64,000 bases of DNA, taken from NCBI GenBank assembly GCA_963826785.1, contig CAWGYD010000008.1, positions 192,001 to 256,000 on the forward strand, in the 5' to 3' direction. The notes under the pieces were generated by a model. The model searched no databases and was not told the origin of the DNA. It was given only the letters and a program-made list of their open reading frames with translations. This DNA comes from an uncultured delta proteobacterium (lineage in GTDB: Bacteria; Desulfobacterota; Desulfobacteria; Desulfobacterales; Desulfosalsimonadaceae). Numbering within the stretch: the first letter of the stretch is position 1; each line of letters begins with the position of its first letter. Shown here piece after piece: positions 1 through 11,633 of the stretch. The translations under genes and the position numbers were made by a program.

Positions 1-28
1 GAAGAAATTTTTCACATCCTTTATCATT

Positions 29-1117
29 GTGCCGTTCATGCTGATGTCCATGTTTTTTTCTTCAGACGCATACGGCATCTCCGTCATATCCAAGAATCCC
101 TATCTCGGCGCCGTGGTGGTGGATGCGGCCACCGGCAGGGTTCTTTTCGAGGACAACGCCGATGTTCGCGCATACCCGGCCAGCATGATCAAGCTCATGG
201 ATCTGCTGATCATCCTCGAGGCGGTTCAGTACGGGCATTTGACCTTAAACGACCAGGTGACCGTCACCGCCAAGTCCGCCCGGATCGGCGGCTCCCAGGT
301 GTATCTGAAAGAGCACGAAGTCTTCACGGTGGATGAACTCTTAAACGCGCTGATCATCCAGTCCGCAAATGATGCGGCCACTGCGCTCGCCCTTCATTAC
401 GCCGGCACCACCGCGGCGTTCGTGGATCTCATGAACAAGCGGGCACAGGAACTGGGCATGAAGGACACGGAGTTTCATTCGGTGCACGGGCTGCCTCCCG
501 GAAAAGGCGACAGCCCGGATATCGCCACCCCGCGCGACATGGCCCTCCTCTGCCGTGAAGTGCTCAAGCACCCCGAAGCGCTGAAATACACTTCCACCAA
601 GGTCTGCGAATTCCGGCCGGACGCGGAGCAGCCCTTCATCATGCGCACCCACAACCACCTGCTGGCCAGTTTCGAGGGATGCGACGGGCTGAAAACCGGA
701 TACTTCTCCGCCGGTGGCTATTCCATCGCGGCCACCGCCCAGAAGAACGGTCTGCGCGCCATTGCCGTGGTCATGGGCAGTAAGGACTACAAGACACGGG
801 ACCGCAACGCCCGGGAAATCCTTTCCAAGGGCCTGATGGAAATGCTCATGGCATCCACGCCGGCAGCTCCGGCCGTTGAAGCGAAAACCGCCCCGGAAGC
901 CCGGATCACTACCGCCTCGAGCACGGCGCAGGAGGAGGTGGATGAAGCAATTTTTGAAGAGGGCTCAGCGCCGGAAACGCCGGAAAGCGATGTCATCACC
1001 ATCACCATCAAAAAGAGCAACATCAAAATGACCCTGGGGCTGGCCGGCGGCATTTTCCTCCTGTTTGGCCTCTTTTTCCATTTCAAGAACAACAGGCGCA
1101 GAAGAAGAAAATACTGA
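29..1117 (+). CDS. D-alanyl-D-alanine carboxypeptidase (peptidase S11) with C-terminal membrane anchor; true start may lie upstream of the window
   Basis: SxxK (ASMIK), SxN (SAN) and KTG motifs; C-terminal hydrophobic helix followed by RRRRRKY. Confidence 0.9.
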   Translation: MPFMLMSMFFSSDAYGISVISKNPYLGAVVVDAATGRVLFEDNADVRAYPASMIKLMDLLIILEAVQYGHLTLNDQVTVTAKSARIGGSQVYLKEHEVFTVDELLNALIIQSANDAATALALHYAGTTAAFVDLMNKRAQELGMKDTEFHSVHGLPPGKGDSPDIATPRDMALLCREVLKHPEALKYTSTKVCEFRPDAEQPFIMRTHNHLLASFEGCDGLKTGYFSAGGYSIAATAQKNGLRAIAVVMGSKDYKTRDRNAREILSKGLMEMLMASTPAAPAVEAKTAPEARITTASSTAQEEVDEAIFEEGSAPETPESDVITITIKKSNIKMTLGLAGGIFLLFGLFFHFKNNRRRRRKY

Positions 1118-1361
1118 TCCCTGCCCGTTTGCTGCGGGTATGCGGACACACGATGAAAATCCCGCATACCCGCCCGTTTCCCTCACCTGCTCCGTATCTG
1201 CCCCATATCCTGAATTGACATTTTCGACGATTTCTGCCATCGTCCATTAAGTCCATCCCTCCCGTTCTCCGTTCTTTTTTCGAACAGATGATTCGGTCCT
1301 TTGAGAACGACCCGACGGCAGGGAGTATTTCCGATCCCCCCTTTGTACAAGGTTTTTGCAA

Positions 1362-2538
1362 TTGGCTGATGAAGGATACGATGAACTGATCACCCGGGTC
1401 AGGAAGCTCGAAGAAGAATTATCCGATTGCCGGCGCGATTATGAAGATCTTCAGGAAAACGGGAATACAAGCGCTTCGGGATGCGGATATCAAATACCGA
1501 ATCGTCGCCGAGAACACCTATGACTGGGAATGGTGGCGTGACCCGAAGGGCGACTTCATCTATATTTCCCCTTCCTGCGAGCGGATTACCCACCACCCCG
1601 CAGCGGAATTTTTCAATGATCCGGACCTGCTTTACAACATCATCCATCCGGATGACAAATCCGCCTTTTTCAAACATCACATCAGTATCGAACAGCAGCT
1701 TTTTTCCGGCGAGATCGAATTCCGGATTGTTCGACCGGACGGCACTTTCAGGTGGATTGGACATGCCTGCCAACCCGTATTCGACCGCAAGGGCAGGTTT
1801 ATGGGACGCAGGGGCAGCAACCGGGATATTACGGATCGAAAAAGGGCGGAAGAGAAGCTGAAGGAATCCCAAAACCAGCTTCGCCATCTTTCCTCCCGGC
1901 TGCTGACGGCCCAGGAAACAGAGCGGAGACGGATTTCGAGGGAACTCCACGATGACCTGGGCGGCGCGCTGTCTTTGCTGAAACTTCGCTGCAGCCTCAT
2001 CGAAAAGAAGCTGGCAATCGGCCTTCGGGAAGAATGCCGGCAGAATCTTGCGTTTATCGATCAGATCATCGACAGTGTGCATCGCCTCTCCCGGGATTTG
2101 AGCCCGTCCATCATCGAAGATCTCGGCCTTATGCCCGCTATCCGCTGGCTGGTCGACAATTTCGCCACGCATCACCAGATCAAAGTCATATACGATATCT
2201 CCGATGTCGGTTCACTGCTGGCAAAAGAGGACCATGTTCACGTGTACCGGATCTTCCAGGAGGTCCTGACCAATCTCGGCAAGCATGCCCGGGCGAAAAC
2301 GGTGATCGTCAAAATTTCAGAAAACGATGAAGCCGTCTCTTTCTGCGTGGAAGACGACGGCGTGGGCTTCGATATGGAGGCGGTCTCCATGCGGCCAATT
2401 TCGGAAAAAGGACTGGGATTGGCCACCATGGATGAGCGGGCGAGGATGCTCGGCGGCTCGCTTGAGATTTCCAGCCCCGAAGGAAAGGGCACCCGGATGA
2501 CGCTTCGCATTCCCAGGAAAAAGGATCGCCACGGTTGA
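1362..2538 (+). CDS. PAS/PAC sensor histidine kinase (HisKA_3, NarX/UhpB type); 5' end probably frameshifted near 1455
   Basis: ERRRISRELHD H-box; EVLTNLGKHA, DDGVGF and GLGL boxes; PAS domain. An upstream frame from TTG 1362 encodes a coiled-coil leader YDELITRVRKLEEEL; main ORF is 1441-2538. Confidence 0.88.
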
Positions 2539-3176
2539 AAGTTTATCAGATTGTCATCGCAGATGATCATGCCCTGTTCCGGCACGGCTTGAAAGGGCTT
2601 TTAGACGGGGCCTCCGATCTGCAGGTCATCGGTGAGGCCGGAGATGGTTTTGAACTGATCCGCTTGCTGAAATCAAGTAAGAACAGCCCCAACCTGATCA
2701 TCCTCGATATCTCCATGCCGAACCTGCGGGGAATTGAAGCGATCCAGGAGATCAAGACGCTTCACCCGACGACCAAGATCATGATCGTCACCATGCACAG
2801 CGACAAGGAATATCTTTTCGAAGCACTGGCCGCCGGCATCGACGGGTACTTTCTGAAAAAGGATGCCGGCGATGAACTCTTGTCGGCAATTGACAAAATT
2901 CGGAAAGGCAAAGTCTATATATCCCCCCAGCTGTCATTTTCACTGGAGGACGGTTGGAATCAGATGCGGCAGGTGATGAAAAAATCGGTAGTGACCCCCA
3001 GGGAAAAAGAGGTCCTCAAGATGATTGCCGAAGGAAGAGCCAACAAGGAAATCGCCGATCTGATGTTTATCAGCGTCCATACGGTCGAGCGGCACCGCGC
3101 CAATATCATGAAAAAACTGGATCTGAAAAATACGGCCGATCTGGTGAAGTACGCCATCCAGAAAGGATACGTCTGA
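2535..3176 (+). CDS. NarL/LuxR-family response regulator (REC + HTH)
   Basis: IADDH, ILDISMP, TPREKEVL...SVHTVERHRANIMKKL; overlaps the kinase stop. Confidence 0.93.
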   Translation: MKVYQIVIADDHALFRHGLKGLLDGASDLQVIGEAGDGFELIRLLKSSKNSPNLIILDISMPNLRGIEAIQEIKTLHPTTKIMIVTMHSDKEYLFEALAAGIDGYFLKKDAGDELLSAIDKIRKGKVYISPQLSFSLEDGWNQMRQVMKKSVVTPREKEVLKMIAEGRANKEIADLMFISVHTVERHRANIMKKLDLKNTADLVKYAIQKGYV

Positions 3177-3324
3177 TCCGGTGAAAGCCTCTTTCTTAAA
3201 ATATCACCATCGAGTGATATGCTGTTTCAGACACGGTCCCGCTGATGCACGTACATAGTTTCTACCATATCGCCTGCATGGCTCATGTGGTGAATTAATA
3301 TAACCAAATCAGCCATATAGATCA

Positions 3325-3792
3325 ATGGTCGATACATTAACCCAGCGTTTCCCGGGAGATGAAGTGGCCGAAAAAACCCCGTTTCGAATCGTGATTGCCG
3401 ATGACCACGCGATGTTTCGCCACGGCATGAAGTGGATTCTTGAAAAAGAATGCCGGGCGGAGGTGATCGGAGAGGCATCCGACGGCCAGGAATGCCTCGA
3501 TCTGCTGGATCGCCTCCAGCCCTCGCCCCATCTGGTCATCCTCGATATTTCCATGCCGAGGATGGGCGGAATCGAGGCGGCTGTCCGCATCAGGAAAACC
3601 CAACCGGAGATCAAGATCCTGATCCTGAGCATGCACAAAGAGCGTGCATACGTGGAAAAAGCCCTGGATTCAGGGGCGGACGGATATCTTCTCAAAACGG
3701 ATACGGGCGATGAAATGGCCCATGCCGTCAAAACGCTTCAGCAGGGAAAAATCTACATTTCCCCATCCATTCCCTTTCCGCCCAAATCCTGA
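3325..3792 (+). CDS. Receiver-only response regulator (NarL-type REC, no HTH)
   Basis: IADDH, ILDISMP, LSMH and GYLLK present; ends right after YISPS. Confidence 0.85.
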   Translation: MVDTLTQRFPGDEVAEKTPFRIVIADDHAMFRHGMKWILEKECRAEVIGEASDGQECLDLLDRLQPSPHLVILDISMPRMGGIEAAVRIRKTQPEIKILILSMHKERAYVEKALDSGADGYLLKTDTGDEMAHAVKTLQQGKIYISPSIPFPPKS

Positions 3793-4202
3793 CTTCACGG
3801 TGCTTAAATCCAATCAGGCACTCCGTGCCGCCGCCGTTTCAAAATCCCATTATCAAGCCAATTTTTCGGCCTGCGCCTTTGTCCCGAACCTGATCCGGTG
3901 TTTTTTCAAACCCCTCCTACATACATTTAACCATATCAAAATAGTCGATTCATCGGATTGTTCTGATACCCCGTTCTGCCGCATATTCATCTCACGATCA
4001 TCGTTATCATAAAGCCATAAGATTTGTTTTCATCCGGCCGGCGCCATTCGCGGCCTGTTAGCGGATTGAACAGGGAGGGCAGGTCCGGGATTCATCAACA
4101 ATTATTTGGAGAAGGAGGCGATCCGGTCAAAAAAATGTTCCAGGCGCATTTACTCACTTTTAAAAAAATTGAATTGAATTTTAAAAAATAGGAAGGTCAC
4201 GC

Positions 4203-7200
4203 ATGCAAAAGGTCAAATTATCAAGTTATTTTTTGGTTTTGGCTTTTGCTGTTTTTGCCTTGGCCCTGGGCGTCGACCAGGCCGGTGCGAAAAAAGCATT
4301 GAACGACAATACGAATCTCACAGACAAGGCCCTTAAACATCACGGGAAGGTCACCACAACAGAACAAAAGACCGCTGCCGCCACGTTCCAGATGCAATAT
4401 CAGCCCGCTTTAATGGCCGGGGCCGCCGCTCCGGCAGCCCCGGATCCAGGCGGTATTCCGCATTATTTCGGTCCCTATCCAAACTGGGCCAACAGCCCCA
4501 TGCCCACGGGCGCGGTCGGCAGCGTCACCTTGATTGATCCGGGCGCCGGTTATACCGCCCCGATCGTTACCATTACCGATCTTTACGATTCCGCGGGGGC
4601 AGATGGCGCCACGGCAGCAGCCGTTATTGATCCGGTCTCCGGCGCGATTACCGATATTGTTCTTTTAAGCGGCGGCGCCGGCTATACCGCCCCCATCGTT
4701 ACCATTACTGACGACACCGGCGCGGGCGCTTCCGCCGCGGCCGCATTGGATCTGACAAGCCTCACCGGAGGCATCCGGAAATTCATGGACGCCCTGCCCG
4801 GCCTGACATCTTCCCAAGCCAACCTGCTCGGACAGTACATCCCCGTCGCAGTCGCCGATACCACATCATATTCTGCAGGCGGCGCCGGCTATACATCAGC
4901 ACCGACGGTGGCCATCACCGATGCCACCGGCACCGGTGCGACCGCCATCGCGACTTTGAACGGCGATAAAGTGATCAGTGTCGAAGTCACCAATGCCGGC
5001 AGCAACTATTCTCAAAACCCGCTGGTCGTCTTTTCCGGCGGCGGCGCCGCATCCCAGGCCGTGGCCATTGCCACCGTGGATCCCACAACCAAAACCGTTA
5101 CCGATGTGACCCTGACCGGCGCCGACTACTATGAAATCGGGGTCGTCGATTTTAACGAAAAGATGCATACGGACCTGCCGCCCACGCGAATCCGGGGATA
5201 TGTGCAGATAGCCACGCCAGTGGTGCCGGGTTCCCACATTGCGCTGACCGACCCGAACGGCAATCCCGTAACGCTGCCCGACGGATCGCAGGCATATGCC
5301 GTGGATAATCCCCACTACATGGGGCCGGTCATCGTCTCCAGGCGCAACGTGCCGGTGCGGGTGAAATTTTACAACCTGCTCCCCACGGGTGCCGGCGGCA
5401 ACCTGTTCCTTCCGGTGGACAAGACGGCCATGGGGGCGGGAACAGGCCCCCTCGGCGGAACTGAGACGTACACCGAAAATCGCACCGTCAGCCATCTGCA
5501 TGGCAACAACGGCGTCTGGATCAGCGATGGCACCCCCAACCAGTGGATCACGCCGGCCGGCGAGTCCACTTCTTATCCCAAGGGTGTGAGCGTGCGGAAC
5601 GTTCCCGATATGCCCGATCCCGGCGATGGTGCGGTAACACTGTATTACACCAACGCGCAGAGCGCCCGCCTGGAGTTCTACCACGACCATGCACTGGCCA
5701 TCACCCGCCTCAACGTCTATGCCGGTGAAGCCGCACCCTACCTGATCACCGATGACGTCGAGGAAGATCTCATCAACGGCACCAACTACACCGGCGTCAA
5801 CCCCGGCGGACTCAACGTGCTGCCCGACATCGGCATTCCCCTGGTCATTCAGGACAAGGGATTTGTGGATGCAAGCACAATTTCCTATCAGGACCCCACC
5901 TGGAACTCGGGCACCACCGCCCCGGCCCCCAATACCGGCGACCTCTGGTACCCGCATGTCTACATGCCGGCCCAGAATCCGTGGGACCCGTCCGGAATCA
6001 ATGCGTTCGGCCGCTGGCATTACGCCCCCTGGTTCTGGCCGCCTGCAACGGATCTGATGTATCTGCCGGTGGATAACGAGTATTATGACCCGATCAATGC
6101 GCCCTGGGAGCCGCCGCAGCGGCCCGCCACCCCCAATCCGTCCATGGTGGGCGAGGCCTTCATGGATACCGCGGTGGTCAACGGCACCGCCTACCCGTAC
6201 ATGGAAGTGGAGCCCGAAAGCTTACCGTTTCCGCATCCTGAGCATTGCCAACGACCGGTTTTTCAACCTGCAGTTTTATGTGGCCGATCCCGCCGTGACC
6301 ACCGCCGACGGACGGACCCATACCGAAGTCAAAACGATTCCCTCCGCGGGGATGACAGGTCTCCCGGCTGACTGGGCGGCCGGCGTGCCCGATCCGACCA
6401 CCAAGGGCCCGGACTGGATTCAGATCGGCACCGAAGGCGGCTTTATCCCGGCCCCGGTGGTGATCCCCTCACAGCCCATCACCTGGAACATGGACCAGAC
6501 CGCATTTAACTTCGGCAATATGGATCAGCATTCGCTTCTTGCTGGGACCGGCTGAGCGGGCGGATGTCATCGTGGACTTCTCCCAGTTTGCCGGAAAGAC
6601 GATCATCCTTTACAATGATGCGCCCGCGGCTTTCCCCGCATACGACGCGCACTATGACTATTTCACCGGGGACCCGGACAACACCGATATCGGCGGCGCC
6701 CCGACCACCCAGGCCGGATTCGGCCCCAATACCCGCACCCTTATGCAGATCAGGGTCGGCACCGATGTGACCACGCCCACTGCAGATGTGACGCTTGCCA
6801 ACCTGCAGACCGTGTTTGCCAAGACTGCGGCGAAGCAGGGGGTTTTTGAGGCGTCCCAGGACCCCATCATCATGCCCCAGGCGGATTACAACACCGCGTA
6901 CAATGCGAGTTTCCCCAGCAGCCCGACAACGGCTTATGTGCAGCTCAGCAATTTCCAGAAAAGCTTTCAGCCGATCGATTCATTCGGCAATTTTTTGAGC
7001 CCGGTGACGCTTCCCCTGCAGGCTAAAGCCATCCAGGATGAAATGGGGGAGGCTTACGACAATGAATATGGACGGATGAGCGGGATGCTCGGGCTGGAAC
7101 TGCCGGTGACGAACTCCACTACCCAGCAGTTCATGCTCTATCCATTCATGTCCCCGCCCGTCGACCTCATCAAGGGTTCGATGTACGCCGACCCCGTCGG

Positions 7201-8689
7201 TTCGTTAGCGGACGGCACCCAGATCTGGAAAATCACCCACAACGGGGTGGACACCCACGTAATCCACACCCATCTGTTCAACGTGCAGATGGTCAACCGG
7301 GTCGCATGGGACGGTGCACTCATTCCGCCCGATGCCAACGAGCTGGGCTGGAAGGAAAGCTTCCGGGTCAATCCGCTGGAGCACACCATCGTTGCCCTGC
7401 GGCCCCTGCTGCCCAATGCGCCTTTCCAGGTTCCCAACAGCATCCGTATGATCGATCCGACCAAACCGGATGGATACATGCTGATGGGGCCGCCCACGGG
7501 ATTCATGGATCCGCTGGGCAACCCGGTGACCGTCATGAACCACCTGGTCAATTACGGATATGAATACATGGAGCACTGCCACCTGCTGGCCCATGAAGAA
7601 ATGGACATGATGCATGCCATTTCCATCAGCGGCCCGCCGACGGCGCCTTCCGACCTGAGCGCCGCCCTGGTTCGGCAACGGCAAAAAACGCCGGGTCGAC
7701 CTGGCATGGCTGGACAATTCGGTCAATGAAACGGCGTTCGTGATGGAGCGGGCCACCAGCATTGCCGGTCCCTGGGCCGTCTTGGCGACCCTCTCCACAG
7801 ATGGAAACGCGATGGGTCCGATGTTGTATCCGGATGCCATCGGAAACACCAACTTAACCTTCTATTACCGGGTGAAAGCCATCAACGTGGTCGGTGATTC
7901 CGACACTCTCGGTTTCCCCACCATCAATAGCGAATCCGCTTATACTGCACCGGTCAGTTTTTCATCGGCATATCCCGATGAAATCGGCGTTTTTCAAAAT
8001 GGTACATGGTATTTAGACAAAAATGGAAACGGTGTATTCGACAGCGGAGTGGATGCCATGTTCCATTTCGGAATAGCCGGAGACATGCCGATCGCAGGCG
8101 ACTGGAACGGTGACGGATATGACGAAGTAGGCGTCAAACGCGGCAACAGGTGGTATCTGGATTATAATGGCAACGGTACATGGGATGCCGGTGATGTCAC
8201 TATCCCCCGTTTCGGCTTGGCTTCTGATGTTCCCATCGTGGGCGACTGGAACGGTGACGGAAAAGACGATATCGGCGTCAAACGCGGCAACAGGTGGTTC
8301 CTGGATTACAACAACACAGGCGCCTGGGATACCGGCGATATTACCTATAACAACTTCGGGCTGTCTTCTGATCTACCTGTCGCGGGCGATTGGAATGCCG
8401 ACGGGTATGACGAAATCGGCGTCAAACGCGAACCAGGTGGTACCTGGATTACAATGGCACCGGTGCCTGGGATGCCGGTGATGTCACCTATAACAACTTC
8501 GGGCTGTATTCTGATCTACCTGTTGCAGGCGATTGGAATGCCGACGGGTATGACGAAATCGGGGTGAAGCGCGGAAGCAAATGGTTCATGGACTACAATG
8601 GCACAGGGGCCTGGGACTCCGGCGATATCACCTATGCCAGCTTCGGACTGGCTTCTGACCTGCCTGTCGTCAGTAAATGGGCACCCTGA
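4203..8689 (+). CDS. Large secreted multicopper oxidase with FN3-like domain and C-terminal FG-GAP-like repeats; split by about 4 frameshifts (ORFs 4203-6371, 6085-6555, 6539-7729, 7740-8567, tail to TGA 8689)
   Basis: Signal peptide; Cu motifs HLHG, YHDH, HVIHTH, HCHLLAHEEMDMM; the pieces read continuously across the frame switches. Confidence 0.85.
7975..8680 (+). repeat. About 5 tandem ~147-bp coding repeats (GDWNxDGxDEIGVKRGNRWxLDYNGxGxWDAGD)
   Basis: Near-identical nucleotide and peptide units visible in the sequence. Confidence 0.85.
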
Positions 8690-8907
8690 TAGAAATAGCA
8701 CGGGGGGGTGTGGAGACGCGCCCTCCGGATTCAACTTTATTATAGTTTTCCTCCAGCGGGAACGACTGTAAATGATATATCGTTCCCATATACCCACCGG
8801 GTTCCGACTGGCATGCAGCCAGCCGGAACCCGATGGGGAAAAATTAAAATGACCGTCAAATCGAACTCTCATCTACATCAACCATACCAGGAATCACTAA
8901 AAAGAAG

Positions 8908-9336
8908 ATGGCCAGACAAAAGCCTTACCGCGTTGTGATTGCCGATGATCATGCCATGTTTCGCCAAGATCTGAAATGCATTCTCATCATGGAATGCGAA
9001 GTCGAGGTCGTGGGCGAGGCCTGCGACGGCCAGGAATGCCTTGATCTTCTGGAAGGAATGGACGCTCTTCCCCAATTGGTGATTCTGGACATATCGATGC
9101 CCAGACTCGGCGGCATCGAAACCGCAGCCTCCATCAAGACCGCCCATCCGGAAATCAAGGTGCTAATCCTGAGCATGCACCAAGAAAGCGCCTATGTGGA
9201 AAAAGCATTTTCCTCCGGGGCAAACGGATACCTTCTCAAAAAGGATTCCGGTCCGGAAATAGCGCATGCCGTGGAAAAAATCCGGCAGGGCCAGAATTAT
9301 CTTTCCCCCTCCATTTTTCCTTCTCCGTATTCCTGA
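8908..9336 (+). CDS. Receiver-only response regulator, close paralog of 3325-3792
   Basis: Shared VIADDHAMFR, GQECLDLL, LVILDISMPR, ILSMH and AYVEKA; no HTH. Confidence 0.85.
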   Translation: MARQKPYRVVIADDHAMFRQDLKCILIMECEVEVVGEACDGQECLDLLEGMDALPQLVILDISMPRLGGIETAASIKTAHPEIKVLILSMHQESAYVEKAFSSGANGYLLKKDSGPEIAHAVEKIRQGQNYLSPSIFPSPYS

Positions 9337-9396
9337 CGATCCCGTCTGAGCCTGTCTGCATCTGACTTAAAAAGTGATGATGGAATAGGCCTTCAT

Positions 9397-10602
9397 TTAT
9401 TCAAACAACGGCAGATATTTCCCGTACCCTTCCTTCTCCAGATCGGATTTGGGGACAAACCGCAGGGCCGCCGAGTTGAGGCAGTAGCGCAGGCCGGTGG
9501 GCTCGGGGCCGTCATTGAACACGTGCCCCAGATGGGAGTCGGCATGCCTGCTGCGGACTTCGGTTCGGATCATGAAAAAACCCCAGTCCTTTTTTTCAAC
9601 GATATTGTCCGGTTCCAGGGGACGGGTGAAGCTGGGCCAGCCCGTGCCGGACTCGAACTTGTCCTTTGAGCTGAACAGCGGCTCACCCGAGACGATATCC
9701 ACATAGATGCCATCTTCGTGGTTGTCCCAGTAGGCGTTTTTAAACGGGGGCTCAGTCCCCTCTTCCTGGGTCACCTTGTACTGCAGCGGGGTGAGCATCT
9801 CTTTGAGTTTTTCATCATCCGGCTTCTGATAGTTGCTCATGGAGATATTTTCCATATCTGCGGATGCGGCCATATTTTCACCCGGCATGTTCATGCCCAT
9901 CTCCGCAGTGCCGGTTTTTTCCATTGAATCGTTTCTCATCGTTTTTCCGTGCTCCATTTTCATCGGTTCATCGCCCCATGCTTTTTCCAGAAACTGGTCC
10001 CGGCCCGAATTCCACCGGTAGAACTTATAACGGATGGGGTTCTTTTTATAGTAGTCCTGATGGTATTCCTCGGCCGGGTAAAACGGCCCCAGGGGCAGGA
10101 TCTCGGTGACGATGGGTTTGTCGAACACACCGGATGCGGCCAACTCCTTTTTGGAGGCTTCGGCCAGCTGATGCTGATGATCATCGGCATACCAGATGAC
10201 GCTGCGGTATTGAGATCCCCGGTCCACGAACTGCCCCCCCGCGTCCGTGGGGTCGACATGCCGCCAGAAGACATCGAGCAGCTGTTGGTATGAGATCTTT
10301 TCCGGGTCATAATAGACCTTGACCGATTCCACATGCCCGGTCCCGCCGGCGGAAACCTCCTCATAGGAAGGGTTTTCCACATGGCCGCCGGTATAGCCGG
10401 AAATCACTTCAATCACACCATCGGCTTTCTCAAAATCCGACTCGGTGCACCAGAAACACCCGCCGGCAAAAACAGCCGTCCGGGCATTTTCCAGGCCTTT
10501 TTGACTGTCGGAAATTTCCGAAGCATGCGTGCCGGTCCAACCGGAATATCCGAAAAATAAAACCGCCACCATAATGATGATGATAAGCAAGGACTTGTTC
10601 AT
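9397..10602 (-). CDS. msrAB: Exported peptide-methionine sulfoxide reductase MsrA-MsrB fusion
   Basis: [15 protein letters not shown] (MsrA); GWPSF, HLGHVF, RYCLNS (MsrB); N-terminal signal/TM segment. Confidence 0.95.
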   Translation of the reverse strand: MNKSLLIIIIMVAVLFFGYSGWTGTHASEISDSQKGLENARTAVFAGGCFWCTESDFEKADGVIEVISGYTGGHVENPSYEEVSAGGTGHVESVKVYYDPEKISYQQLLDVFWRHVDPTDAGGQFVDRGSQYRSVIWYADDHQHQLAEASKKELAASGVFDKPIVTEILPLGPFYPAEEYHQDYYKKNPIRYKFYRWNSGRDQFLEKAWGDEPMKMEHGKTMRNDSMEKTGTAEMGMNMPGENMAASADMENISMSNYQKPDDEKLKEMLTPLQYKVTQEEGTEPPFKNAYWDNHEDGIYVDIVSGEPLFSSKDKFESGTGWPSFTRPLEPDNIVEKKDWGFFMIRTEVRSRHADSHLGHVFNDGPEPTGLRYCLNSAALRFVPKSDLEKEGYGKYLPLFE

Positions 10603-10721
10603 AAAACACCTCCTCTGGTTCTGATCGCAAAATTAACTTCTTTTTAATAAAGGTAAGACCGTTTGAACTAAAAATAAGGAGGCGATTTGAAGAAAGGTAA
10701 AAGGATAGACAAAAAAAACAG

Positions 10722-10882
10722 TCTGGTTATCCGGAATACTCCAGTCAGAATTCCGGATTCAAAGTCCCCCTTTGGAAAAGGGGGATTTAGGGGGATTTGG
10801 CGCCTCCCGGGAGAAATCCCCCCCGCCCCCCTTTTCAAAAGGTGGGAGAAAAACGAATACTGGATTTTTCGGGATAACCAGA
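10722..10882. mobile_element. MITE (~161 bp) with 24-bp imperfect TIRs and 9-bp TSD, containing a REP-like hairpin
   Basis: TCTGGTTATCCGGAATACTCCAGT vs reverse complement of right end TCTGGTTATCCCGAAAAATCCAGT (21/24); AAAAAACAG at 10713-10721 and 10883-10891. Confidence 0.75.
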
Positions 10883-10893
10883 AAAAAACAGAT

Positions 10894-10930
10894 TTGACTT
10901 TAAAGAGTAACACCGTTACTGTAACAGTGT
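10894..10930 (+). promoter_or_regulatory. Putative sigma70 promoter with overlapping palindromic operator (TetR)
   Basis: TTGACT-N17-TACTGT; imperfect palindrome ACACCGTTACTGTAACAGTGT at 10910-10930. Confidence 0.55.
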
Positions 10931-10963
10931 CGTTAAAGATAAACTTCTCACGGAAATCCGACC

Positions 10964-11633
10964 ATGCCCAAAACCCAGCGAAAGCCCGAAGAAATCGAAG
11001 CCGTAAAGGAGCAGATGCTGGATCATGCACTCGAGCTGATCGCCGAATCAGGATACAAAGGCTTCAGCATGCGCAAGCTCTCCGCCCGGCTGGGGATTGC
11101 GGCGAAAACCATTTACAATTATTATGTCAACAAGGATGAGATCTACCTGGTCATCCTGACCCGGGGATTCGAATACCCTTTACGACACCTGCCTGGCCGC
11201 CGGCCGCCCCGCAAAAAACCCCATGGACAGGATCGCCGCCATGAGCCGTGCATTCGTGGACTTCGGCATCGAACACGCAAACCTGTACAACCTGATGTTC
11301 ACCTGGCATGTGCCCAAGTTCAAGGATTACCTGGGCACGCCCATGGAAGGCGCCGCCCAGGTGGAACTGGAAACCGCACTGAAGCTTTCCGAACTGTTCA
11401 TTGACGCCATCAAGGCGTGCGGGCAGGGTTCGGCACCCCTGTCTGATGAGGACGCCCGCTTCCTGATGATCCAGATCTGGGTACAGGGGCACGGGTATGT
11501 GGCAGGTCTCAACAACACCCTGCTCGACTACATGCACGAAGCCCCGCTGACGATCAAGGACCGGCTGGTGGAATCCATGATGCAAAACATCAGGTCCGCT
11601 TTGAAGGCGAACTTTATAAGGAGCATTAGTTGA
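10964..11633 (+). CDS. TetR/AcrR-family regulator (frameshift near 11178)
   Basis: GYKGFSMRKLSARLGIAAKTIYNYY HTH; C-terminal half continues in ORF 11223-11633. Confidence 0.85.

Noticed and set aside
7975..8680. Near-identical repeats as a DGR template/variable pair
   Set aside because: They are in-frame protein repeats, differences are not adenine-specific, and no reverse transcriptase is present
4203..8689. Programmed frameshifting or phase variation in the MCO and GRE genes
   Set aside because: No consistent slippery motif or stimulatory structure seen; similar indels occur in many unrelated genes
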